Numbered from the stretch's first letter, positions 38,582 to 49,368 are shown. The stretch: DNA of 64,000 nt from Candidatus Magasanikiibacteriota bacterium (GCA_026396515.1 JAPLWQ010000003.1:163569-227568); one strand, 5' to 3'. Notes: generated by a model not told the origin, from the sequence alone. A program made the numbers and translations.

Positions 38582-39399
38582 CGTTTGATTATAACAAATC
38601 AATTTGGGGGAAGGGCACGGCAACATTGAAGTGGAGCGATCCAGCCAATGTGCGTTTGCGCCGGTGCATGAATGTATTTTCTGTTTTATCTGAAAAAGCA
38701 AAAATTTTAGAAGTCGGCTGTGGAGCGGGCGAATTTATTCGGGCGCTTAAATCGGCTAGGCCGTCTTGGAATTGTTTTGGCGCGGATATCAGCGAGACTG
38801 CGGTAAATAGGGCCATCATCTCAGCGGGCGGCGGCGTTGAATACGCGCTGTGCGGGGAATATAGCCTGCCTTATTCGGATGGTGAGTTTGATGGTGTCGC
38901 AATATTTGATGTTTTAGAACACGTTGGAGATCCGGTTGTTTTTCTACAAGAAATTAGGCGGGTGCTTAAACCAAGCGGGGTTCTTTATGCCTTTGTTCCT
39001 TGTGAGGGAGATATAACCTCGCTTTGGCATTTACTGGATAAACTGGGGCAAAAACATGAATTAACTAAAAGATTTGCCGGACATATACATTTTTTTTCTC
39101 GCAAACAGCTTTCTCAGGTCTTTGAAAATAGCGGTTTTACTGTTGAAAGTAAAAGTTACGCCGAGCATTTTATAGGCCAGATATTGGGTGTGGCGGTATT
39201 CAAAGCAATGGCCAGACATGCCAAGAATACCGGTGAAGAGCAGTTGAATAACGAACAGTTTTTTCTCGCTTCAAATTCAGGCTGGTATTCAATTTTCAAG
39301 AAATTAGTAAATTTTTTAATTTCTCTTGAATCAGCGTTGTTTTTTCTTATACCGTCGCCAAATGTGCATTTGGCAGTAAGAAATAAAAAGAAATTATGA
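38578..39399 (+). CDS. Class I SAM-dependent methyltransferase
   Basis: Motif I ILEVGCGAGEF. Motif post-I and motif III (LKPSGVLY). Confidence 0.8.
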   Translation: MTFDYNKSIWGKGTATLKWSDPANVRLRRCMNVFSVLSEKAKILEVGCGAGEFIRALKSARPSWNCFGADISETAVNRAIISAGGGVEYALCGEYSLPYSDGEFDGVAIFDVLEHVGDPVVFLQEIRRVLKPSGVLYAFVPCEGDITSLWHLLDKLGQKHELTKRFAGHIHFFSRKQLSQVFENSGFTVESKSYAEHFIGQILGVAVFKAMARHAKNTGEEQLNNEQFFLASNSGWYSIFKKLVNFLISLESALFFLIPSPNVHLAVRNKKKL

Positions 39400-40028
39400 A
39401 CGTAATACATATTATACCGTCTGTCTTTGACTATTTTGATGATATTAGGGATAGTGCCATGGCTCTTGCCGAGCGAGAGAGAGATTTTGGAATAAACGCC
39501 GAGGCCTACACGCTTCAATATGGCACTGTTTCGCGTAATGAACAGGCGGTAACGGCGTATAAAACTCCGACCATGAAATTCTCCGGACTGTTTAGCGGCT
39601 CCTACGTGATTTCAGAGCTTGATGCGGCCGATGTTGTCCATCTGCACGCTCCGTTTATGGGTTTGGCGGGTGATTTAATTAAATGGAAAAAAGAGCGGAA
39701 TATTCCGCTGATTGTCACTTTTTATAGAAATGTTAACATCCGTGATTTATTTTCATTGCTTTTGTCGTTATATAACCGGTACTATCTGCCGAAGATAATA
39801 AATTTGGCGGATTTAGTAATAGCAAGCACATCTGACACCTGTAAAAAATTATCAGTTTGCTCTAAGATTTCTGGGACGGGAAAACTTCGGATATTAAGTG
39901 AGTTAGTTAGCGGTTCAGAAAATGAAAATATCCACTTGACTTTGGATAAAAATACTATAAAATTAAGTACAGCAGATGTGGAGGCCCGCGCCTACATATC
40001 TGTTTATAATCATTTATTAAATATATAG
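39396..40028 (+). CDS. Hypothetical protein resembling an N-terminal GT4 half-domain (possible split or remnant glycosyltransferase)
   Basis: Glyco_trans_4-like beta-alpha pattern (IHIIPS...VVHLHAPF...PLIVTFY) without a C-terminal catalytic half. Confidence 0.3.
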   Translation: MNVIHIIPSVFDYFDDIRDSAMALAERERDFGINAEAYTLQYGTVSRNEQAVTAYKTPTMKFSGLFSGSYVISELDAADVVHLHAPFMGLAGDLIKWKKERNIPLIVTFYRNVNIRDLFSLLLSLYNRYYLPKIINLADLVIASTSDTCKKLSVCSKISGTGKLRILSELVSGSENENIHLTLDKNTIKLSTADVEARAYISVYNHLLNI

Positions 40029-40032
40029 GTCT

Positions 40033-40884
40033 ATGGAAAACGGAGAAAAAAAGAGGTTTTTTGAGCTTTTGGATTCGCGAAGCGCTATGGTAGTCGGCGG
40101 AATTGCCGGTTTGCTTATTCTTTGTACCATCGGGTTTATTGTGCTGGGTATCATGGCATTAACTAAGGGCGTTAATTGTCGGGCCGCGGCAGCGGGTGAA
40201 AATAAAGCTGTGGCTACCGCGCAGACAGCAGATACTGCCAACGCCCAGCCCGAAGCGACTCCTCCACCCAAAACAGATAAACCGAAAGTTGAGTTGTTTG
40301 TAATGTCGTATTGTCCCTATGGGCTTCAGATGGAGAAGGCATACTTGCCTGTGATGGAGCTTTTAAAGAAAAGAGCGGAGATGGATATTAAGTTTGTATC
40401 TTATGCCATGCACGGAAAGAAAGAGATTGATGAAAATACCAGACAGTATTGCATACAGAAAGATCAAGTGGCTAAACTTAATAAGTATCTGACATGCTTT
40501 ACGGGGAAAGATGATTATGCCGGATGTTTAAAGGAAGCGGGGGTAAATGAGAGCCAGGTTAATACTTGTATGGCAAAAGCGGATACGCAGTTTGGCATCA
40601 CGGCCAAATTTAATGATCAAGCCAGCTGGCTGAGCGGACAATTCCCAATGTATCAGGTTCATGCCGCTGATAACGAGAAGTATGGCGTACAGGGTTCTCC
40701 GACTTTGGTCATCAATGGCGTACAATCAGAAGTCGATCGTAGTCCCGAGGCGGTGAAGCAGGCAATTTGCGCCAGCTTTACTAAAGCGCCGGCTGAGTGT
40801 GATACAGCCCTCAGCACGCAAAGCGCCGCTCCGAGTTTTGGCGTTGGTACCGCCGGCGCAAGTACTGATGCGAGTTGTGGTTAA
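40033..40884 (+). CDS. Membrane-anchored thioredoxin-fold (DsbA-like) protein
   Basis: N-terminal TM helix. Ala/Thr/Pro-rich linker. Thioredoxin-like domain with CPYG (single-Cys variant of CxxC) and a cis-Pro region (GSPTLVING). Confidence 0.5.
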   Translation: MENGEKKRFFELLDSRSAMVVGGIAGLLILCTIGFIVLGIMALTKGVNCRAAAAGENKAVATAQTADTANAQPEATPPPKTDKPKVELFVMSYCPYGLQMEKAYLPVMELLKKRAEMDIKFVSYAMHGKKEIDENTRQYCIQKDQVAKLNKYLTCFTGKDDYAGCLKEAGVNESQVNTCMAKADTQFGITAKFNDQASWLSGQFPMYQVHAADNEKYGVQGSPTLVINGVQSEVDRSPEAVKQAICASFTKAPAECDTALSTQSAAPSFGVGTAGASTDASCG

Positions 40885-40908
40885 TTTTCATTAATTAACT
40901 TTTTTCAT

Positions 40909-41220
40909 ATGGGTAGATTTAAAAAAGGATTAGTGCTGGGTGGTATTGTTGGCGCCGGACTAATGTGGCTGAATGCTACGGTAAAAGGCAAAGAATATCG
41001 AGCTAAATTAATTGCTCACCTTGAACCGCTGTATAATGAATTAAAGGAAAGCATCATGAAGTTGGAAGGTCCGACCCGTGAGATGTGGGACGCGTTGGTG
41101 GAGAGAGCGGTAGAGGAATACAGCGCGAAAAAGGAATTGGCGGTCGATGTTAAAAATAATCTGATACGAGAATTACAGAAGAGGTGGTGCAAGTTGGAAA
41201 AAGAGATTAGAAACGGATAA
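40909..41220 (+). CDS. YtxH-like small protein
   Basis: N-terminal GxxxGxxxG-type helix (GLVLGGIVGAGLMW) then a coiled coil. Confidence 0.4.
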   Translation: MGRFKKGLVLGGIVGAGLMWLNATVKGKEYRAKLIAHLEPLYNELKESIMKLEGPTREMWDALVERAVEEYSAKKELAVDVKNNLIRELQKRWCKLEKEIRNG

Positions 41221-41237
41221 AATTAATTTTTTAATGC

Positions 41238-41267
41238 AAAAGAAGCGCCTGGAGCGCTTCTTTTTTT
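41238..41267. terminator. Bidirectional terminator (agaagcgc-ctgg-agcgcttct flanked by A/T tracts)
   Basis: Direct reading. Lies between convergent operons. Confidence 0.8.
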
Positions 41268-41290
41268 GATAATTTACCGGAGAGACGCGG

Positions 41291-43075
41291 CTAATCAGAG
41301 GCATTTGCTTTTTTCATATCCTTTACTGAAAGTTCAAGCTCACGGTTGCCGTTCCATTCATTGACGCTAACGGAAAAAACCATATCAATTTTATCGCCCG
41401 GTTTTAATGTTTTTTTCCAGTCAGCCGGATGCTTTTCCGTGTTGCCAAAACCAAAAGCGATTGTTTTTTTCACTAAATGAGAATTATGCTTAACCAAAAG
41501 TTTCAGATGCCGACCGACTTGTCCCACCGGGCTGATCTCAATCACAGTTAAGCCTTTTGCCAGATATAGCGGCTCTTCGTTTGTCTGGCCGAATGGTTCA
41601 AATTTTTGTAGTATGTCATACAATTTCCAATCAACATCTTCCAGATTCACTTCAGCATCAATAACAATTTGTGGTACGAGATCTATCCCAGTCGTCTGCT
41701 TTTTTGCCAGCGCATTGATTTTTTTGCTAAAGTCTTTCAGCAAATCCTTTGACTTAAGGGAAAAACCGCAGGCGAGCGGATGACCGCCAAATTTGGAAAA
41801 ATACTGAGGCATTGATTGCAGGGCGGCGATCATATTAAACTGCGGCACACTACGCCCGGAAGCGGTTGTCTCATTACCATCACTTCCCAATACGATTGAC
41901 GGCTTGTAATATAAGTCCTTAATTTTTCCGGCAATTAAGCCGATAATGCCGGTTGACCATTTTTCGCCCATGACGATTAAAACAGAGTTGCTTTCCTGCT
42001 TTGATTCTGTAATTTGATTTATCGCTTGTTCAACCATTTGCTCGGTCAATTTTTGCCGGTCGGTATTATTTTTATTGAGTTGCAGTGCCAAAGCAAGCGC
42101 TTCCTCGTTTTTTTCCGCCATAAGTAGCGCGAGCGCGGTGTTTGCGTGGTCCATTCTCCCGGCAGCATTAAGACGCGGTACAATTTGGAAGCTCACAGTT
42201 TCAGAAGTATATGATCCTTTTTTCGACCGGCCGTTTTCATCAGCGAGCGATGATGCGATTAGCAGCTCTCTTAAGCCGATGTTTTTGGTTTTGTTCAATA
42301 CCGTTAGGCCATAGCGGGTAAGTGTGCGCGATTCACCGACCAGAGGAACCATATCGCCGATGGTGGCAATGGCGACGAGATCAAGCAACCATTTTTCATA
42401 TCCTTCATGTGATTGTTTGTCTTGAAGAGGTTCGCCGTTTTCCGCGCTCGTCTTGATAAGCGCTTGAGCCAGCTTAAAGGCGACCGCCGCTCCGGAAAGG
42501 CCCTTATCCGGATATGGTTCATTTGGAACCAGAGCGTGGATTATCGCGTCTGCACCGGGCAATTCAGCCGGAACAGTATGATGGTCCGTCAGTATGACTT
42601 GCATGCCGGCGTCTTTGGCAGCCGCGATTTCATCAAAATTTGATATACCGCAGTCGCAGGTAATTATCAGGTCAATCTTTTGTTTAATAAAGGATTTGAC
42701 GGTATTCATGTTTATACCGTAGCCGTCTATTTCGCGGTGCGGTAAGAAAACTCCGACTTTTTTAGCGCCGACGTTTTTTAGCGTACTGATCAAAATCGTT
42801 GAAGCGCAGACTCCGTCGGCATCGTAATCTCCGTGCACCATGATATTTTTGTCCGACTTGATCGCTTCAAAAATAATATTAACCGCCTTGCGCATGTCCT
42901 TAAATAAAAAAGGATCGTGCACGTCGGTAAGATAATCGGGATTAAGAAATTCATCAATTTGTTCCTGAGTATGAATATTGCGGTTCCAAAGAAGCCGTGC
43001 GGCTATCGGCGGCAATTCAGGATGCGAATTTATAAAATCAGACGGAGGCGGTGCTTGAACAATCCACTTTTTCAT
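41291..43075 (-). CDS. recJ: Single-stranded-DNA-specific exonuclease RecJ
   Basis: DHH motifs (HGDYDADG, TDHH) and a DHHA1 domain. Confidence 0.9.
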   Translation of the reverse strand: MKKWIVQAPPPSDFINSHPELPPIAARLLWNRNIHTQEQIDEFLNPDYLTDVHDPFLFKDMRKAVNIIFEAIKSDKNIMVHGDYDADGVCASTILISTLKNVGAKKVGVFLPHREIDGYGINMNTVKSFIKQKIDLIITCDCGISNFDEIAAAKDAGMQVILTDHHTVPAELPGADAIIHALVPNEPYPDKGLSGAAVAFKLAQALIKTSAENGEPLQDKQSHEGYEKWLLDLVAIATIGDMVPLVGESRTLTRYGLTVLNKTKNIGLRELLIASSLADENGRSKKGSYTSETVSFQIVPRLNAAGRMDHANTALALLMAEKNEEALALALQLNKNNTDRQKLTEQMVEQAINQITESKQESNSVLIVMGEKWSTGIIGLIAGKIKDLYYKPSIVLGSDGNETTASGRSVPQFNMIAALQSMPQYFSKFGGHPLACGFSLKSKDLLKDFSKKINALAKKQTTGIDLVPQIVIDAEVNLEDVDWKLYDILQKFEPFGQTNEEPLYLAKGLTVIEISPVGQVGRHLKLLVKHNSHLVKKTIAFGFGNTEKHPADWKKTLKPGDKIDMVFSVSVNEWNGNRELELSVKDMKKANASD

Positions 43076-43195
43076 AACAGTTATTATTGCAAAGCCGGCA
43101 TGATTGTGAACATTACCATTGCCGCTACCCCGATCAGAGCCACTATTATCCAGAGATTTTTTATGGTTTTATGCTTCATATTTGATTTATTAAAA

Positions 43196-44983
43196 TTAGC
43201 GCTTTAAAACTTTTAAATATGTTTCCGTGGGGATGTCCACTTTCCCCCTGGCAGCCATTTTTTTCTTCCCTTTCTTTTGTTTTTCCAAAAGTTTCATTTT
43301 ACGCGTTACATCGCCGCCGTAGAGTTTTGCTAAAACATCTTTGCGATAGGCGCTTAACCTTTCGGCGGCGACTATTTTTCCGCCGATGGCCGCTTGAATT
43401 TTTATTTCAAATTGCTGGCGCGGCAACGAACCTTTTAGCAATTCAACAATTCTTTTTCCGGTTTTATACGCTTCATCATCCCATACCAGAGTGGAAAGCT
43501 CCTCCACCGGTTCTTCGGCGATCAGAATATCCAGTTTAACAACCTTGGTAGGTTTATATCCTTTATATTCGTAATTCATTGAGGCGTACCCCGATGTTAC
43601 CGTCTTTAGCTTATCATAAAAATCAGTAATCAGGGATGCAAGCGGTATTTCATAATGAATCACCGCGCGCTGGTCTGAGCCGGCTGACAAATACTCGGTG
43701 TTAATATATCGGCCGCGCCTGTCTGAAATTAGACCCATAACATTTCCGACAAAGTCTTTCGGGGTGATGATATCCAGCGTCATCCAAGGTTCAAAGATTT
43801 CCTGAATATGGCCCTGATCCGGCATTTCTTGCGGGCCATGGATAATCAATTCGGCGCCGCCGTTTTTTATGATTTTGTAAGCAACGCTGGGAACCGTGAT
43901 AACTATTTCCAGATTATGTTCGCGGCGAAGGCGTTCCTGAAAGATATCAAGATGCAACATTCCTAAGAATCCGCAGCGGAAGCCAAAACCAAGCGCCTGC
44001 GAATGTTCAGGTTCAAAATATAGGGCAGAATCATTTAATTTGAGTTTGTCTATGGCATCGCGCAGTTCCTGATATTCATTTCCTTCTTTAGGAAATATGC
44101 CGGCAAAAACCATCGGTTTAACTTCTTTGTAGCCCGGTAGGGGAGTATCAGCCGAGTTATCACCGAGTAAAGTAATTGTATCGCCAACGCGGCATTCACG
44201 TACTTCTTTGAGGCCGGTGACAATATATCCGATTTCGCCGTTGGCCAATTTGTCGGCCGGCTTAAACTTTGGCGTATAATATCCGATTTCTAAAATTTCG
44301 GCCGGAGTGTGCGCAGTCATCAGGCGAATTTTATCGCCCTTCTTCAATTCTCCGTCAACCATTCCCACCGAGGCGACTACGCCTTTGTATTCGTTGTATT
44401 CGGAATCAAAGATCAGGGCGCGGGCTGGTTTTTTTGTGTTGTCAGATGGAGCGGGTATGCGCTTGATTACCGCGTTTAAAATTTCCGGCACGCCGACGCC
44501 GGTTTTTCCGGAGGCAAGAATTATTTCATCTTCTTTGCATCCGATTAAGTGAATAATTTCTTCTTTTGTTTTGGCGATATTCGCGAGCGGCATATCTATT
44601 TTGTTTACCACCGGAATGATGGTTAGGTTTTGTTCCAGCGCCAGATAGAGATTTCCGATGGTTTGCGCCTGTACACCCTGGGTTGCGTCAACTAAGAGAA
44701 CGGCGCCTTCAACCGCGGCCAGAGACCGGGAGACTTCATAATTAAAATCAACATGGCCGGGAGTGTCAATTAAATTTAAAATGTATTTTTGATATTCCAT
44801 ACGAACCGGAGTGAGCTTGATGGTAATGCCGCGTTCGCGCTCCAGATCCATTGAATCAAGCAGTTGCTCTTTCATGTCCCGGCGCGATACTGTACCGGTT
44901 AATTCTAAAAAGCGATCAGCCAGAGTGCTTTTTCCGTGATCGATGTGGGCGATAATGCAAAAATTTCTGATCATTTCATTCAT
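43196..44983 (-). CDS. lepA: Elongation factor 4
   Basis: IRNFCIIAHIDHGKSTLADR G-domain and an EF-G-like domain arrangement with the LepA C-terminal domain. Confidence 0.95.
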   Translation of the reverse strand: MNEMIRNFCIIAHIDHGKSTLADRFLELTGTVSRRDMKEQLLDSMDLERERGITIKLTPVRMEYQKYILNLIDTPGHVDFNYEVSRSLAAVEGAVLLVDATQGVQAQTIGNLYLALEQNLTIIPVVNKIDMPLANIAKTKEEIIHLIGCKEDEIILASGKTGVGVPEILNAVIKRIPAPSDNTKKPARALIFDSEYNEYKGVVASVGMVDGELKKGDKIRLMTAHTPAEILEIGYYTPKFKPADKLANGEIGYIVTGLKEVRECRVGDTITLLGDNSADTPLPGYKEVKPMVFAGIFPKEGNEYQELRDAIDKLKLNDSALYFEPEHSQALGFGFRCGFLGMLHLDIFQERLRREHNLEIVITVPSVAYKIIKNGGAELIIHGPQEMPDQGHIQEIFEPWMTLDIITPKDFVGNVMGLISDRRGRYINTEYLSAGSDQRAVIHYEIPLASLITDFYDKLKTVTSGYASMNYEYKGYKPTKVVKLDILIAEEPVEELSTLVWDDEAYKTGKRIVELLKGSLPRQQFEIKIQAAIGGKIVAAERLSAYRKDVLAKLYGGDVTRKMKLLEKQKKGKKKMAARGKVDIPTETYLKVLKR

Positions 44984-44985
44984 AT

Positions 44986-46605
44986 CTATTCTTTTGTTTC
45001 AATTAGTTCGGTGGTTGTAATATTCCGCAATTTTAGCCAGCGTCTTTCGAACGCCTCCTTAAGCGATACAAATTCCGGTACTTTTAATAGCCAGCAGATA
45101 AAGCCATAAACGGCGAATCCTATCAACCCCGCGACCAGACCCTGGCCGAGTACGCCGAAAAAATAATTCATATCAAAGATTTTTGCCAACGGATATTTCA
45201 AAAATTGAATCACAACAGCCATGGCAATGGCGGCAATGGAAATACGGTAAAGCGATGCAATTAATTTTTCTCCCTCAATCCCGCCGGTAGCCTTTCGCAG
45301 ATATATTACGAGTAGGGTCATATTAAGTACGGCGCCGACTGAAGAGGCAAGAGCCAAGCCGGCGACTCCGAGCGGGCGCATTAAAATAAGAGCCGCGATG
45401 ATTGCTATTAGCTCTGTAATTACACCGATCACAAAAGGTGTTTTTGTGTCGGAAAGGGAATAGAAAGAGCGCGCCAGAAGAGGAATTAATGATTGAGCGA
45501 AAAGTCCGAATGCAAAAAAGGCGAGGGCATCGGCTGTGGCTGTAGTGGCGGACCAATCGAAAGCGCCGGATCCAAGCACCACGCGAACAATCTGCGCGCG
45601 CAATAAAAGTATTATGACGGACATGGGAATTACTAGGAAGAGAATCTGCCGGGCGGTGCTGCTTAGGTATTTTAAGAAGTCGGCGGAATTATTCCTTGCT
45701 GCCGCAGCTGACAGTAAAGGAAAAACCGCCAAGGCAAATGGGATGCCGATAATGCCCGTAGGAACCGCTTGCAGGTTGTTGGCGTAATTGTAAACAGCTA
45801 CACTGCCTATCGGTAAAAGTGATGCCAAAATAGTAACTACAAAAACATTGAGTTCGGTGATTGCTAAGCCGAGAGTGCGTGGTATCATCAGTTTTGCCAC
45901 CAAGCGGGTTTCCGCGTCTTTAAGGTCGAATTGCCAGTGCCAGCGCCAACCGGCTCCGCGAGCCCCGATCATTTGAAGCGAACAGTGAAGTGCCGCGCCG
46001 AGAACGACTCCCCAGGCAAGACCAATTGGACCGAATAATTTAACCAGAAATACTGCACCGACTATGATACCCAGGTTATAAAAAATTGGAGCGATTGAAT
46101 AGAAAACAAAACGCCCCAGCGATTGAAGAACACCTCCAAGCGTCATGGATAAACCGAAAAAGAGCGGTGATATGAACATTATTCTGGTGAGTGATACAGT
46201 CAGCTCGCGGCTTGCTTCAGAAAAGCCCGGTGCGACAACCGGTATGAGCCAAGGGGCAAATACCATGCCTACAATGCTGAGAACGGCGATGACCAATCCG
46301 CCAATGTTAAAAATGTTGTTGGCCAGGCGCCAGGCAGGACTTTTTTCTTCACCGGAGTAAAATAATTTAGTAAATGTCGGTATAAAACCGGCGGTTAGAG
46401 CGCCTACGATCAGTAAAGTGTAGATAAGGTCCGGTATTTTAAACGCGGCGTAATATGCGTCCATAATTTCCCCGGCTCCGAAATAGTGGGCAAGAACACG
46501 GTCCCGTATCAAACCGATGATTTTACTTAACAAAGTAGCCGAGGCGATAATAATAGCCGCGCCGGTAACTGTTTTTGACTGATTGTTTAATCTATCCAAT
46601 ATCAT
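44986..46605 (-). CDS. murJ: Lipid II flippase MurJ/MviN
   Basis: 14-TM MOP superfamily with a conserved N-terminal region (LSKIxGxxRDxxLAxxFGAG). Confidence 0.85.
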   Translation of the reverse strand: MILDRLNNQSKTVTGAAIIIASATLLSKIIGLIRDRVLAHYFGAGEIMDAYYAAFKIPDLIYTLLIVGALTAGFIPTFTKLFYSGEEKSPAWRLANNIFNIGGLVIAVLSIVGMVFAPWLIPVVAPGFSEASRELTVSLTRIMFISPLFFGLSMTLGGVLQSLGRFVFYSIAPIFYNLGIIVGAVFLVKLFGPIGLAWGVVLGAALHCSLQMIGARGAGWRWHWQFDLKDAETRLVAKLMIPRTLGLAITELNVFVVTILASLLPIGSVAVYNYANNLQAVPTGIIGIPFALAVFPLLSAAAARNNSADFLKYLSSTARQILFLVIPMSVIILLLRAQIVRVVLGSGAFDWSATTATADALAFFAFGLFAQSLIPLLARSFYSLSDTKTPFVIGVITELIAIIAALILMRPLGVAGLALASSVGAVLNMTLLVIYLRKATGGIEGEKLIASLYRISIAAIAMAVVIQFLKYPLAKIFDMNYFFGVLGQGLVAGLIGFAVYGFICWLLKVPEFVSLKEAFERRWLKLRNITTTELIETKE

Positions 46606-46620
46606 GTTAGAAAAATCACA

Positions 46621-47331
46621 TTATTGTGCCGGGCTTGAAGAATTGCTGGTTGTAGTAACGGCATTGGACGGAGGCAAGTTGATAATTAAATAGGCGTAAG
46701 AAATTATTTTCTTTTCTTCACCCGGTTCCACGTAGATTGTCCCGCTTAATCCGTCACCTCGTGTAAATGTGAGTTGGGTGAAAGTTAATCCGGCGGTTTC
46801 GGATTCAATTGAACAGTTCGCATCTATCAGATTGTTTTTGTAATATGCCATCATCGTCTTGGCATCGCCCGAGATGTCGCGCCATTCGATTTGGACAGTA
46901 TCCCGGGTATCGCCAACAGGTTCGGTGAATGTTCTCCAAAGTTCGCGGATTATTCCCGGCCGTCTATTTTCGCCCGATTGCCCGGCGTCGTTGTTTAAAA
47001 TTAACGGCGAAAGAATCAGTTTTGGAAAAAGTGCGGATACCTCCATGCTGCGGCTTTTGTATCGTCCGGTAATATGGGTAATCTTATCAATATTATATTC
47101 ATCATAAATTGGGATGCCAGCGGGAAAATTCGGCGGCAAATTTTTTATTTCTCTTGGGCCAGATCCTATGAATATTTTAATTCCGATAATAATTCCAACC
47201 ACAAAAATTAAGATAAAACCACAGCCGCTCATACAAGCGGTTGTCAGCCATGGTCCGCGTTTTTTTAGTTCCTGAATCGGCGGCTCGATGATTTCTACGT
47301 CGATAATTCGGTCATCGGGGTTTGTGGTCAT
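46621..47331 (-). CDS. Hypothetical membrane-anchored protein
   Basis: N-terminal TM helix. No motif. Co-directional with murJ. Confidence 0.4.
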   Translation of the reverse strand: MTTNPDDRIIDVEIIEPPIQELKKRGPWLTTACMSGCGFILIFVVGIIIGIKIFIGSGPREIKNLPPNFPAGIPIYDEYNIDKITHITGRYKSRSMEVSALFPKLILSPLILNNDAGQSGENRRPGIIRELWRTFTEPVGDTRDTVQIEWRDISGDAKTMMAYYKNNLIDANCSIESETAGLTFTQLTFTRGDGLSGTIYVEPGEEKKIISYAYLIINLPPSNAVTTTSNSSSPAQ

Positions 47332-47415
47332 AGGTGGTGTCAGTATATCAGAACTATTGCTGTTTGTGTAGGGTATAAACTATGGTATAATTACGTCGTA
47401 ATTAGCCTATTTAAT

Positions 47416-48780
47416 ATGAAAATTTCGTTTTTCGGCGCGGCTCATGAAGTGACCGGCTCGTGCTCGTTGTTCGAGCACCGGGATATTCGGATATTGGTAG
47501 ATTGCGGCGCTTTTCAGGGCGGCGATTTTGTGGAGGAAAGAAACGCCGATCCTTTTGTTTTTGACGCCAAAACTTTAAGCGCAGTAGTGGTCACTCACGC
47601 CCATCTCGATCATATTGGTCGGTTGCCTTTGCTTATTAAAGCCGGTTACGACGGTTTTATCTATGCGACGCCGCCAACGGTTGAGTTGCTCAAATTGGTG
47701 CTTGAGGACGCCGTTGAAGTTATGACCTATAATAACAAAAAATTTGGTACGCCTATTTTGTATAATCTTGATGATGTGGCGGCAACGGTCGGCCATTGCA
47801 AAAATGTTGAATATTATGAAGAGTTTACGTTGCCGTTATCGGAAAAAGTTGCAATTAAATATTATGAGGCCGGCCATATATTCGGCTCAGCATTTGTTGA
47901 AATACGCTGTGGCGGTAAGAAAATTATTTTTTCCGGAGATTTAGGAAATGTGAAGGTGCCGATTTTGCGCGATACGGATAATTTGCCGGGTGATGTTGAT
48001 TTATTGGTGTGCGAATCAACTTACGGCGACCGGTTGCATGATACCAGGGCGGACAGGCAGGAAGTAATAAAGGAGGTGGTAAAAAGAGCGCTTGACCGGG
48101 GAGGGGTGTTGATGGTGCCGGCTTTTTCTGTTGAGCGCACGCAAGAAATATTATACGATCTAAATGAAATGATAGACCTGGAAAAATCTTTTCCGCAGGA
48201 TATACCGATATTCCTTGATTCGCCACTGGCGATCGAAGCTACCGAAGTGTTCAACCGACATACAAAATATTTTGACGAAGAGGCGAAAAAATATTTGTTT
48301 TCAGGCGACGATTTATTCCATTTCCGTGGCCTAAAAATTTGCTATTCCCGGGATGAATCAAAAAAAATTAACAGTACGCCTGGGAGAAAGATTATTATTG
48401 CCGGCGCCGGTATGATGAACGGAGGAAGAATTCAACATCATGCTTTGCGGTATTTGTCTGACGAAAAAAATACTTTATTTTTCACCGGTTTTCAAGCGCC
48501 TAACACTTTAGGCCGGAAAATACTTGACGGCGCTTCGTCGGTGTCGTTTCTCGGGGAGAGAGTACGGGTAAAGTGCAAGATAGAGTTCGTTGATGTTTTG
48601 TCGGCCCATGCGGATCGCGCTAGATTATTTAACTGGATTAAAAACAACGGAGAACTTCCGAAAAAAGTAATTCTAAATCACGGTGATTTGGTACAAAGCC
48701 AGGCTTTTGCCGATAGAGTTAAAAGTGAATTATCCATTGAAATAGACGTCGCTTCGCCGGAAATGGCTGTAGAGTTTTGA
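47416..48780 (+). CDS. MBL-fold beta-CASP family ribonuclease (RNase J/CPSF-like)
   Basis: HxHxDH (VVTHAHLDHIG). Beta-CASP motifs A-C region. C-terminal RNA-metabolising MBL domain. Confidence 0.75.
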   Translation: MKISFFGAAHEVTGSCSLFEHRDIRILVDCGAFQGGDFVEERNADPFVFDAKTLSAVVVTHAHLDHIGRLPLLIKAGYDGFIYATPPTVELLKLVLEDAVEVMTYNNKKFGTPILYNLDDVAATVGHCKNVEYYEEFTLPLSEKVAIKYYEAGHIFGSAFVEIRCGGKKIIFSGDLGNVKVPILRDTDNLPGDVDLLVCESTYGDRLHDTRADRQEVIKEVVKRALDRGGVLMVPAFSVERTQEILYDLNEMIDLEKSFPQDIPIFLDSPLAIEATEVFNRHTKYFDEEAKKYLFSGDDLFHFRGLKICYSRDESKKINSTPGRKIIIAGAGMMNGGRIQHHALRYLSDEKNTLFFTGFQAPNTLGRKILDGASSVSFLGERVRVKCKIEFVDVLSAHADRARLFNWIKNNGELPKKVILNHGDLVQSQAFADRVKSELSIEIDVASPEMAVEF

Positions 48781-48807
48781 TTAGAGTAGAATAACTAAGT
48801 TATCCAC

Positions 48808-48833
48808 AACCCCGCTAACGGCGGGGTTTTTTG
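48808..48833 (+). terminator. Rho-independent terminator
   Basis: aaccccgc-taac-gcggggtt then ttttt. Confidence 0.8.
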
Positions 48834-48935
48834 TTTAATTTTAGCCAATATTTATGTGGCGTTTTGTGTTGACGTATGTAGCTATGTGGTATAAAATGGA
48901 ATGTAGTGGTGGAAAGTGGTAAATATCCAGTTTTT

Positions 48936-49367
48936 ATGTTTATTGGCGAATACTCCCACAATCTAGATGACAAAGGGCGATTGGCGATACCGATAAAATT
49001 TCGTGCTGAGCTCAAAGGGGGTGCGGTGGTAACCAGAGGCCTGGATAACTGTCTTTTTCTTTATACAAGAAATGAGTGGGAAAAACTGGCAGAAAAATTG
49101 GCCGCTTTGCCCATCAGCCAGTCTAACAGCCGGGCGTTTGCCCGTTTGATGCTGGCAGGAGCGATGGATGTGGAGGTGGATAAACAGGGCCGGGTGGTCC
49201 TGCCGGAATATCTTCGGGTGTTTGCAAGCCTAAAAAAAGAAGTGGTCGTGGCCGGTTTATATAGCCGCCTGGAAATTTGGGACGAATCAAAATGGAAAGC
49301 ATATAAAACTCAGACAGAAGCCGAGAGCGGTGAGATTGCCGAACGAATGGCTGAATTGGGAATTTAA
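48936..49367 (+). CDS. mraZ: Transcriptional regulator MraZ
   Basis: Two DxxGR repeats (DDKGRLAIP, DKQGRVVLP). Preceded by TTGACG...TGGTATAAAAT promoter. Confidence 0.85.
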   Translation: MFIGEYSHNLDDKGRLAIPIKFRAELKGGAVVTRGLDNCLFLYTRNEWEKLAEKLAALPISQSNSRAFARLMLAGAMDVEVDKQGRVVLPEYLRVFASLKKEVVVAGLYSRLEIWDESKWKAYKTQTEAESGEIAERMAELGI

Positions 49368-49368
49368 T

